From Candidatus Heimdallarchaeota archaeon (GTDB taxonomy: Archaea > Asgardarchaeota > Heimdallarchaeia > Heimdallarchaeales > Heimdallarchaeaceae), in assembly GCA_021399345.1 (NCBI GenBank), contig JAAFKI010000045.1, positions 191,965 through 255,964 of the forward strand: a stretch of DNA of 64,000 nucleotides, in the 5' to 3' direction. Numbering within the stretch: the stretch's first letter is position 1; each line of letters begins with the position of its first letter. This document shows positions 1 through 9,154 of the stretch, piece by piece. The position numbers and the translations under genes are program-made. A model generated the notes under the pieces. The model was not told the DNA's origin. It searched no databases and worked only from the letters and a program-made list of their open reading frames with translations.

Positions 1-1
1 T

Positions 2-97
2 ATAATAGAGACTTCAGATGGAACAATTGCTATAGAGAAAATTATGGACATTGTCTGGGAAAGAGTTTTGTTTCTTGAAAATAAGGTAAAGGAGTAA
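2..97 (+). CDS. 3' end of a CDS truncated by the window edge (IIETSDGTIAIEKIMDIVWERVLFLENKVKE*)
   Basis: Open frame from the window start to TAA at 95-97, convergent with pheT; product unknown. Confidence 0.4.
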   Translation: MIETSDGTIAIEKIMDIVWERVLFLENKVKE

Positions 98-106
98 AAA
101 GCTATT

Positions 107-1801
107 TTAGTCTGTGCTTTTAACTTTGCATTTCAAACTAGGAATAAGTGGTAATTCTATTTCAAAACCGACTACAGGAACCCAAATCTGATTATTCTCA
201 AGTATACTTGGATGAATTTCTCCTATAATTCCACATACTTTGTTCTCTATTATTATCCGCCCACATCTTCCTTCAGTAAATGAAGGATGATTGACTTGTT
301 TTATTTCATAGTCAGTATCTAATAAAGATAAAAGTTGATTCAATCTTTTATGGGTATCTTCAAAACTAGCTTCTGCGTCAGCACAGAGAAAAGCGGCATT
401 ACTTTGTGTGATAACCTTTTTGTCTATTAATTTTACAATTTCTCCTACTTCAAAAAGCATCTGCGGGTAAGTTTCATGTGTATTCTTAGAAAGAACATTA
501 ATTAAAAGTGGATATATCATTTTACGCATAACACTATAAGTAGATGTAACAGGATTCTCAATTTTTACATAATTTTGTTTGTCAATATTTACTCTAGTAG
601 TTAAAATTTCAGGATCAGTAAGAATGTTTGTAAGTACCTCAGTTCCTCCAGCACCTACAAGTATATTTCGTACCAAATTCTCGCTTTCAGTTTCAGGTAA
701 AAGCCCCCCAGTAGTTAGAACCTTCCATTTTGTTGGACCAATTTTGTTATAGTCTAAAGCGATTGCTAACTCCTCAGCTATATCGACCCAGTGGAGAATA
801 TCTTTTCTGTAAGGAGGAATTTCAATGGTTAAAATATTGTTATCAATTGAATTGCAATTGAATCTTCTTTTTACAACTAACTTTGCAGCATCTTTTGGTT
901 TCATTTCTGTTCCAAGATATTTGTTTACTACATCTAGATTAATCTCAATCTCCTCTTTATCAAAAAGGGGAGTTATCACACTCCTTGTGTAAATATCTGG
1001 CGGGTATTCTATTTTAACACTATAAATTTCAGCACCATGAGTTACTAAAACCTGACATAATATGTTCAAAACCACATTAACTGTTTCAAAATTGGTTCCA
1101 GTTACTTCTATTAAACTGCCAGTAGTTTCTTCTGTAATTTTACCTACGTCATTGCTGTTAATTACTGGTGGTAAGGATAAAGTTGTACCATCTGCAGAAA
1201 GAAGAATCGGATAGTGACCATATTCTTTAACGATATGTCCAAATTCCTTTCCCTTTTCATGTTCTTCCAATATTCTTTCTAAAGACATCTTTTCTGTAGA
1301 TTCAAGTGGGATAAATTCATGGGTTTCCTCTATCACTTTGTATTCAATTGGACTCTTTATCATCGAGAGATTATAGAAACCTATAGAAGACCTTTTTCTT
1401 CGTCTCCCATAGGAGTAATCAATTTTTTCTGAGAGTTGCATAATTTGTTTGATATAATAATCTGTTAGGGAGATGTTTTTTGCAACTGCACAAGCTATGT
1501 ATGGTCTTGTAGAAGCTAACTGTGAATCTACTTTCACCACATAACCACTTTCTTTCACCTCATATTCTGGGATACCACTCTCTTCCTCAAGAATGCCTTT
1601 TATCTCTCTTATCATTCCCTCTGGTGACCAAAGATCTGGTCGATTACTGGTTTTAATGTCAATCACAAGCATATCTTCTTCTTCGATGTATTGATCAATT
1701 TCTGATTTAGTATACGAAAGTAAATCTTCTAATTGCTCAATTGATAATTGCTTACCTAACATTTCTTGCATTTTTTTGTAACTTGCTTTTATTGATACCA
1801 T
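107..1801 (-). CDS. pheT: Phenylalanine--tRNA ligase beta subunit (archaeal/eukaryotic type)
   Basis: NRPDL motif, B3/4 region (LSLPPVINS), B5 motif PPYRKDILHWVDIAEE; directly downstream of pheS. Confidence 0.95.
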   Translation of the reverse strand: MVSIKASYKKMQEMLGKQLSIEQLEDLLSYTKSEIDQYIEEEDMLVIDIKTSNRPDLWSPEGMIREIKGILEEESGIPEYEVKESGYVVKVDSQLASTRPYIACAVAKNISLTDYYIKQIMQLSEKIDYSYGRRRKRSSIGFYNLSMIKSPIEYKVIEETHEFIPLESTEKMSLERILEEHEKGKEFGHIVKEYGHYPILLSADGTTLSLPPVINSNDVGKITEETTGSLIEVTGTNFETVNVVLNILCQVLVTHGAEIYSVKIEYPPDIYTRSVITPLFDKEEIEINLDVVNKYLGTEMKPKDAAKLVVKRRFNCNSIDNNILTIEIPPYRKDILHWVDIAEELAIALDYNKIGPTKWKVLTTGGLLPETESENLVRNILVGAGGTEVLTNILTDPEILTTRVNIDKQNYVKIENPVTSTYSVMRKMIYPLLINVLSKNTHETYPQMLFEVGEIVKLIDKKVITQSNAAFLCADAEASFEDTHKRLNQLLSLLDTDYEIKQVNHPSFTEGRCGRIIIENKVCGIIGEIHPSILENNQIWVPVVGFEIELPLIPSLKCKVKSTD

Positions 1802-1805
1802 CTGT

Positions 1806-3302
1806 TTAACCTCTCGACATCTTAGCTGTTCTCAACCAGTCAAACTTATGACTGAATAGTTCCCTTATGTCCGTAATTCCATTTTTAACCATAAACAGTC
1901 TTTCTATCCCTAAACCCCAAGCTATAACAGGTGCTTCAATTCCAAAGGGTTTTGTTACTTCAGGTCTGAAAATCCCTGCACCTCCAAATTCAATCCAACC
2001 TAGGTTTGGATCAAGAACATCAAGTTCTACAGAAGGTTCTGTAAAAGGGTAATAATCAGGCTTAAATTTAAAATTCTCATTTTCAGCTATATCCACTGCA
2101 AATGCCTTTAAAATCCCTAATAAATCTCTAAATGTTATAGATGGATCCACAACAATTCCTTCAACTTGAGTAAATTCAGAGAGATGTGTTGCATCTACGG
2201 TATCAGGCCTATAACAACGAGATATTGAAAAATATTTAGATGGAACTTCTAAGTCTACTAAGGTTCTTGCACTAACAGATGTTCCATGAGCACGTAGAAC
2301 TAGTTGAGCACTTTTTAATGGGTCCCACTTATATCGCCAACCCTTGCTTCCAGTATCATAACCATTTTCATGAGCTTTTTTCACATTTTCTACATAATCT
2401 GCTTTTGGTAATTTGCCTCGTTTTGGGTTTGATACCTGATATACATCAGACCACTCTCTTGCTGAATGATTTTGAGCTTGAAATAAAGCATCAAAGTTCC
2501 AAAATTCTAATTCAACTATTGGACCTCTCATCTCCTTAAAACCGAGAGCACACAGTTTTTGCTTAACTTCATCGAGAAACTCAGCATATGGTTGTTTTCT
2601 CCCACCATAAAAAGTAGGGGGGGCGGCCTTTAGATTATATTCCCTTAGTCTTGTATCTCGCCAAGAACCATTTCTAATCATTTCAGGAGTTAATCTACTT
2701 ACTTCGTTCATTTTTTGAATGGATGAAGATACTTTCTTGTAAGGAATTAGAATTTCCAAAAGAATATCTTTAGCTTCTTCCAAAGAAGCTAAATTTCTTT
2801 GAAGTAATATTTCGTTGAAATCACTTGTGTCTACTGTTTCGCCCGATAAAAGTTGTTCTAAGATTATCTGAAGATCTTTGTTAACTTCTTTTTTCTTGTC
2901 GATTATGCTAATTTGACCCTTGTCTATCTTAATCAAGCCTTGTTTTTTCAAAAGACCAACGCCAGCGTTCATCTCTTTGTTATCTGTTTTAACTAATTTT
3001 GAAAGGTCAGCAAAAGAAACGCTCACTTTCTCTTTAAGAATCTTAGTAATTCGCCTTTCTACTAATTGATTTTCAGCAGCTTCTTTTCCGTTATTTGTAA
3101 GAGATATTTGATGACTTACAATTTCAAGACGAGAAATTAATTCATTGGCAACTAGAAAACCGAGATAATATTCCAATTTTCCACGATCTAATTTTGTTTG
3201 TTTCTCTAATTCTCTGATTGAAATATTGTCATTTTCATCAATTATCTGATAAATCTTTGCTGCTTCAGAAGGCAAAGATATTTTCTTCTCTGAATTACTC
3301 AT
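1806..3302 (-). CDS. pheS: Phenylalanine--tRNA ligase alpha subunit
   Basis: FWNFDALF, YRPDTVDATHLSEFTQVEG, YYPFTEPS, WGLGIERL class II motifs; N-terminal wHTH extension. Confidence 0.97.
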   Translation of the reverse strand: MSNSEKKISLPSEAAKIYQIIDENDNISIRELEKQTKLDRGKLEYYLGFLVANELISRLEIVSHQISLTNNGKEAAENQLVERRITKILKEKVSVSFADLSKLVKTDNKEMNAGVGLLKKQGLIKIDKGQISIIDKKKEVNKDLQIILEQLLSGETVDTSDFNEILLQRNLASLEEAKDILLEILIPYKKVSSSIQKMNEVSRLTPEMIRNGSWRDTRLREYNLKAAPPTFYGGRKQPYAEFLDEVKQKLCALGFKEMRGPIVELEFWNFDALFQAQNHSAREWSDVYQVSNPKRGKLPKADYVENVKKAHENGYDTGSKGWRYKWDPLKSAQLVLRAHGTSVSARTLVDLEVPSKYFSISRCYRPDTVDATHLSEFTQVEGIVVDPSITFRDLLGILKAFAVDIAENENFKFKPDYYPFTEPSVELDVLDPNLGWIEFGGAGIFRPEVTKPFGIEAPVIAWGLGIERLFMVKNGITDIRELFSHKFDWLRTAKMSRG

Positions 3303-3493
3303 TGTTCACATTTCCTAACGCCATAGTTTAAAAAAATAGTTACTACTAACTTAGTTATAACTGAAGGATTAGAGGGAGTTAATGAAATTCCAAGTCACGT
3401 TACGCCCCATTCAGGTTTTTGTAATATAAAAACTAAAAATTATTTAAAACTTTCGAGGTCAAGCATAGAGATTCAAATGTCTTTGGAGGTCTT

Positions 3494-3976
3494 TTAATAG
3501 TTGAAATCCTCATCTTCATCGAGATTGTCGACCTTGTCTTCATCATCTTCATCGAAATCTTCATCTTCAGTTTCTTCGTGGAAGCTATCAAGAACATCAT
3601 TATAATCCATTAGACTATCTAAATCATCTTCAGCTCCAATCTCTAATTCCAATATCCATCCATTTTCATAGGGGCTTTCATTCAATATTTCAGGATCTTG
3701 CCTTATTTCCATATTTATTTCATCGATTGTTCCACTAATTGGTGCGTGAATATTTAACGTATCTTCAATAGAATCTATCGAGACGATTTCTTCATCCTTT
3801 TCAACAAATATTCCTTTTTCAGGTAAACTAATCGATATGATATCATCAAGTACATATTGTCCATAATCAGTTAAGCCTATTCTAAAGACGCCTCTACCTC
3901 TATCTTCTACCCACACAGAAGTAGAATAGTACAAGTGGCTTTCTGGGAATACGAAGTTTCGTTTCATTTCAGTCAA
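3494..3976 (-). CDS. Glycine cleavage H-like (lipoyl-domain) protein lacking the lipoyl-lysine, with acidic tail
   Basis: RIGLTDYGQ, APISGTI, NESPYENGWI motifs of GcvH; canonical ESVK reads DSIE. Confidence 0.85.
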   Translation of the reverse strand: MTEMKRNFVFPESHLYYSTSVWVEDRGRGVFRIGLTDYGQYVLDDIISISLPEKGIFVEKDEEIVSIDSIEDTLNIHAPISGTIDEINMEIRQDPEILNESPYENGWILELEIGAEDDLDSLMDYNDVLDSFHEETEDEDFDEDDEDKVDNLDEDEDFNY

Positions 3977-4089
3977 GTCAATCGTTTCTAATCCATTTTT
4001 GAAGTTTTCCTTATTTATCTTTTTTCAAGAACTCAAAACAATGATTATAAAACATCAAAAAATAAGAGAAAAAGAGGTTATGAGAAGAT

Positions 4090-7000
4090 TTATCTTAATC
4101 TCATTCTCAACAAGTATTTTTCATCAATCATATTGAATAATGTTGATAGTGTTTCTTCTAATGGAGTTTTGTTGAAGTATTCAAGTGCTACACTAATTGT
4201 AACTTCTTTATAATCTTTGATAAAATTGAATATCTTCTGACCAAAAGAATTAAGCTTTTGAACGTCTTTTTCTTTTAAGGTATTTATGGATAGAGGATGT
4301 AATGTCCAGATAAAGAGCTCCTCACTAAGAGTATCAATAATTTGTCTAGAATTATTAGTAAACTCATCTGTTACACCACCCCAATCATGTAAGACTGATT
4401 TGAATCGTTTCTCAAACCATTCAACAAAACCAGCGAGACCAGTTTCTACATCAATCGAAACCTCACTTGTACTGAAGAGATAAGCACAAATACAATCTTT
4501 TGAAGCACTAGATACTACAAATTGACCATAGTCAAGCTTTTTTATAGCACCAGTTTGCCCACCACTTATTTCACTCCCCATACCAGCTACTGCTTGAAGG
4601 AAGCCAGTTACTAGTGAAGAATCAACAGTAATCTCACCACCGAGATCCCATTCATAGATAGGTAGTCCTGATTCAGTGTGAACTATTATGACTTTTCTCA
4701 AAGAAAGAACACTAGTTAAGATTTTGGAGATTTTATCTAGATACTTCCTCTTACCCTCTTTCTTCCTCTGCTTCCTGGGTCTAACTATTGTAAATTGAAT
4801 GATTATTATTGCAATTACTATGAGTGCTATAGCAACTATTCCAATAATCATGTAGAGTGTGTATTCTCTAAAGAAATAGGTTAAAAGTGCTACAAATGTT
4901 GGGTTCGCAACTACTGTTTGATTTTCAGCAGATGATTGTGCTACTATAACGTATTGATTAGTTCCTCCGGGGGCGTATGTTACAAAATAAGAAATGTTTG
5001 TTACATGCCACGGAATATAAACTTCATATGTTGCTATGAAACCCCCTGAACCATTTGGAGTTAATTGAACTAGTTCCCAATAGGTTACTATTGTTCCATT
5101 AGCGTAAGTAAAAGTATAAGTAATATTTACAGAATCACTATAAGGTGTAGGAGCTACATGTATAATTGCATCAGAGCCTTCTGCCATTATTTCTGCAGTT
5201 AGGTTTTCTACTAAAACTACAAATTCTATTGTTTCAAGTTGTCTGATATCACCTTCTACAATTATATCTATATCGTAATCCCTAGCAGGAGGGAAAGTTA
5301 TTCGAATGATAATGGTTTGTGATTGATAGCCATATTTTGAGAACGTGATTTCAAGTATGTAAACTGTTCCAACAGCTACTGAAGGGTCTACATTGAACGA
5401 TACTATGTAATAATCACCAAATGTTGTATTTGTGATAGAATTAAAGTAATCATCTATCTCTAGGGAACTGTTATCTTGAGCAAATAATGCACTTACTAAA
5501 GCTGAGTCAATGCTTATATTTCCTCCAACTACATCTCTAAAGTCAAATGATAAATCTATTTCTTCACTTGCATATTCAGTAGTATTCACATCACCAGCGT
5601 TTATTATTAAATCCGTCACTCTTTCTTCTATTGTAATCAAAATTTGTATCATTTGTGGCGCATAACCAGGTTTGATAATCGTGATATTCAGGTAAAACGT
5701 TCCTACAGAGTATATTGGATTAATCGTAATGGTGGTTATATTATCAGCAAAAGTGTCTCCGAAGGTTACAGAAATGTTTCCATCAATAAAGATGTCAGGG
5801 GTTGTTATGTTATCCCCAAGTATGTCATCCCAATAAAGAACTTCTACTATTGTTCCTTCACCAAAGTATATTGTAATGTCTTGATCTGCACTATCTACTA
5901 ATTGTGAATCTGTGTTAATTGAAATCACTTGAATTTCGAAGAACATGCTTGCTGATTCATACCCTGTCCTTCCGATAGTAATTGTGATATTTATTCCTGG
6001 CATGGTATAATCATTATTAATGAAAGATACATTATACTGACCGCCACCAAGAAAATCAGTATCTACATAAGTAATCAGCATAGTTGCATTACTTGTAACT
6101 ATTACAAACAACCCATCACCACCAATTTGATTGATGTCTTCAGAATGGGTGGTATCTTCAAAATAAACAACAATAGAAGTTACATAACCCACATATACTT
6201 CAGTTGGTACCAAAACGTCTGTTAAACTTGTTTCAATAGTTAAAACACTTAAACTTCCTAATTGATAACTTGTTACAGCTTCATAATTTGTTAAATCTAT
6301 GTCAATATAGATATCAAATGAACTAACAGATGGATTGTTATTGGTCACTGTTACAAAATAAGTATCACCTACTCTATTGATATTGACGATAATGTTTGAT
6401 TCGCTTGCTGATCCTGAATAGGATGCTGTGATCAAAGCTGTTGAATGATTTGTATCCAGATATCTAAATGAAAAAACAGCATCATGATAAACATAGATTG
6501 TAGTAGCATCACCTGTTTTCTCAATAGATGTTTTAGGAGCTGTTATCTCGAAAGTATAGACATCTGAGACATATGCAGCAGAATAACTTGCCCGATAGTT
6601 ATTCAAATAGATGGAAATTTCGACAGAATAAAAGCCTGTATACAGATTATTCGTTGATGTACTAATATTGAGAACCCATTGTTCTGTTTGGTTGTCAAAA
6701 GTATAATCAACTGGAGAAGAAAGTGGAAAATCTGTTCCGTTAGTTATGGTCACAGTCATATCATTAGGAGCCAGACTCAAATTTGCAGATGCCGTTACAT
6801 CATACAGATTCATATAATATGATACATTGTTTGTATAATTCGTTTGATAATTTGTATATTTAGGAACAAGAACTAGTTCATAGAAAACAGTTAGTGTAAA
6901 ACTTGTTGAGTTATTCTCAAGGAAAGCACCTGTACCAAGAAAATCAACTGTGTAAGTACCAACATCTATGTTTGCATCAATTAATATTGAAGTATTATAA

Positions 7001-9090
7001 TCAGGAGCATAATCATTGAAAACATCATTCTTATTCCAAGTAGCATTATTAACTGTATAAGATACAGTAGCAGAAGGTATTAGATTTTTAGTTCCAATTG
7101 TATATGGCTCACTAATATTGTAATATGAACCTCTGACTAAAATTGAATCTAACCCTTTTCTTGTAATATCAGTTGTAATCCAATTATCATTTGAAGGTTC
7201 TTCTTCCCACTCTAAAACTAATTCTGTTTGTGTTTGTACTACTATTCTTTGTGAATAAAAACCTACTTCTGTACCATTTTGCCACATTACAGCAGCAGTC
7301 CAGAAACCTGGTAAATCAGACCCACTTGCTGAAGGATCAAAATGAATCTCAGGAGTATAGAAACCAGCACTTACTTGAGTTATTCCAGACAGACTATAAG
7401 ATGTTGTATCAGTGTAGATTAGATTTGCTGGTAAGGAACTCTTCAAAGGAATTATATTTCCATTAATATCATATAATGTATAATTCAAGCTTCCAGTTAT
7501 CTCGTTGTAAGGAGTTCCTCCTCCATCTCCTTGTACTAGAGTATTAGCAACTATTTTGGATCCAACATACCCTGTTGAATCAGTAGCTCCTCCTACCCAA
7601 TATCCAAGGAAAAATCTTTCTGATGGAGTAATATCATCCAATAGTTCTAAATTACTTAGATAATTCGGACTCGTTGTTATTAATAACCAGTTGCCTGCAG
7701 AATCATTTGAGCCAAGGTTTAATTCATAACCATTTACTTCCCTTGAACCTGGCATTGTATTAGTATCATTATAATAGAAAGTGAAACTACTGTGCCAATC
7801 ATCTGGTGTATAAATTAGCTGATTTCTATCTAGATTTGTATAAGGAGATATATCAACTGCTGATGTTGACCATGTCAGATTCCAAGTAGCACTGTAGCTC
7901 CAGTAAGTGGAGTTTGTTACATCGAATAACGAACTAGCACTGAGTGTTTGTTTGAATGTATAAGAATTCGCTAATGTAATTTGAACAGAAGTATTGGATG
8001 TTATTGTATGCAAACCTGATGTGGAAATGCTTGATGAAAAAGAAGAAACAGAATTTGAATTGTCTCTCAAATCAATCGCTTCTGGATCAGTAAATTTGTA
8101 AGCTGTTCCATTACTAAAAGATGGTAATAATTGTGGGATTAGATTATAATCGTAATTTACTATTTGCGTCCATGAAGAAGATCCATAGCTTTTTCTGAAG
8201 GAGTTTCCACCTAAATCGCCTCCTAGTTTTTTATGCCATGCAAAATGTTTGTATGTACCAGGATCGCCTGTATCAACAACAGATAAGTTAGCTACAATAA
8301 AATACTCTCCTTTCAATAATACAACATCTGTAAAATTATAGAAATGAATATTGTCGATTGAACTACTTGGTAGTATATTAGCACTATTATATGGATCATT
8401 AATATCACTGGATAGTATATCACTCATATTTGGTTCAAAAGGTGATGATGTTTCAGCACTAACCAATAACAAATCTAATGCATATATTCCCCAAGGCCCT
8501 AAATTGACTTGGTCTAAATAGATTTTTGCTCCTGTAAAATATGCGTAATCCCATTTTATCTCAAACCCTTGTGCAACTTGTATATTATCATAATAGGATA
8601 ACTGATCCACTAAATAATCTGTACTATTTTCAATTTGATAATAATCTTGAACTGCTTCAATTTTTTGTATTCCAAACTTCAAATCATCAGAAGTATAACT
8701 AGTTGGTTCTGTAATTGTAAAGCCATCTGTTATTGTATTAGATATCTGTGAATATTCAAGATCTAAAACATCATTATGAGTTACTCCTATAATATCATCA
8801 ACTGCAAAATTGCTACCCGGATTTGAATCACCTTGAACAGGATCGTAGTCAAATCCCACTTCTTCAGGACGTATAACTTTCTTTGTAATTGGGTCTACTA
8901 TGATTATTTCTGTTTCCACTCTAGTATTACTCTGAGATGAATCATCACTAAACCAAGGATTGTTTCCTAAAGAAGTTGACGCTGCATAAATCTGCGGAAC
9001 TGGTGAAAACATAACTAAAATAAGCACATAAAATGCTAATGAGTATACTGTAAACCTTCTAAGTTTACGTAAATGAGAAGGAAGCTTCAT
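4090..9090 (-). CDS. Large single-pass membrane protein: signal peptide, beta-rich extracellular region, TM helix, cytoplasmic longin-like + winged-helix domains
   Basis: Hydrophobic N-terminus; T/S/N-rich ectodomain with many NxS/T sequons; TM YMIIGIVAIALIVIAIIIIQF followed by RPRKQRKK; longin-type KVIIVHTESGLPIY...DSSLVTGFLQAV...DWGG. Confidence 0.8.
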   Translation of the reverse strand: MKLPSHLRKLRRFTVYSLAFYVLILVMFSPVPQIYAASTSLGNNPWFSDDSSQSNTRVETEIIIVDPITKKVIRPEEVGFDYDPVQGDSNPGSNFAVDDIIGVTHNDVLDLEYSQISNTITDGFTITEPTSYTSDDLKFGIQKIEAVQDYYQIENSTDYLVDQLSYYDNIQVAQGFEIKWDYAYFTGAKIYLDQVNLGPWGIYALDLLLVSAETSSPFEPNMSDILSSDINDPYNSANILPSSSIDNIHFYNFTDVVLLKGEYFIVANLSVVDTGDPGTYKHFAWHKKLGGDLGGNSFRKSYGSSSWTQIVNYDYNLIPQLLPSFSNGTAYKFTDPEAIDLRDNSNSVSSFSSSISTSGLHTITSNTSVQITLANSYTFKQTLSASSLFDVTNSTYWSYSATWNLTWSTSAVDISPYTNLDRNQLIYTPDDWHSSFTFYYNDTNTMPGSREVNGYELNLGSNDSAGNWLLITTSPNYLSNLELLDDITPSERFFLGYWVGGATDSTGYVGSKIVANTLVQGDGGGTPYNEITGSLNYTLYDINGNIIPLKSSLPANLIYTDTTSYSLSGITQVSAGFYTPEIHFDPSASGSDLPGFWTAAVMWQNGTEVGFYSQRIVVQTQTELVLEWEEEPSNDNWITTDITRKGLDSILVRGSYYNISEPYTIGTKNLIPSATVSYTVNNATWNKNDVFNDYAPDYNTSILIDANIDVGTYTVDFLGTGAFLENNSTSFTLTVFYELVLVPKYTNYQTNYTNNVSYYMNLYDVTASANLSLAPNDMTVTITNGTDFPLSSPVDYTFDNQTEQWVLNISTSTNNLYTGFYSVEISIYLNNYRASYSAAYVSDVYTFEITAPKTSIEKTGDATTIYVYHDAVFSFRYLDTNHSTALITASYSGSASESNIIVNINRVGDTYFVTVTNNNPSVSSFDIYIDIDLTNYEAVTSYQLGSLSVLTIETSLTDVLVPTEVYVGYVTSIVVYFEDTTHSEDINQIGGDGLFVIVTSNATMLITYVDTDFLGGGQYNVSFINNDYTMPGINITITIGRTGYESASMFFEIQVISINTDSQLVDSADQDITIYFGEGTIVEVLYWDDILGDNITTPDIFIDGNISVTFGDTFADNITTITINPIYSVGTFYLNITIIKPGYAPQMIQILITIEERVTDLIINAGDVNTTEYASEEIDLSFDFRDVVGGNISIDSALVSALFAQDNSSLEIDDYFNSITNTTFGDYYIVSFNVDPSVAVGTVYILEITFSKYGYQSQTIIIRITFPPARDYDIDIIVEGDIRQLETIEFVVLVENLTAEIMAEGSDAIIHVAPTPYSDSVNITYTFTYANGTIVTYWELVQLTPNGSGGFIATYEVYIPWHVTNISYFVTYAPGGTNQYVIVAQSSAENQTVVANPTFVALLTYFFREYTLYMIIGIVAIALIVIAIIIIQFTIVRPRKQRKKEGKRKYLDKISKILTSVLSLRKVIIVHTESGLPIYEWDLGGEITVDSSLVTGFLQAVAGMGSEISGGQTGAIKKLDYGQFVVSSASKDCICAYLFSTSEVSIDVETGLAGFVEWFEKRFKSVLHDWGGVTDEFTNNSRQIIDTLSEELFIWTLHPLSINTLKEKDVQKLNSFGQKIFNFIKDYKEVTISVALEYFNKTPLEETLSTLFNMIDEKYLLRMRLR

Positions 9091-9154
9091 TATAATTAGT
9101 ACTTTATATTGGCTTTAAAAAATCCTTCGAAAAAGGCTGTCTTATTTCCATAGT

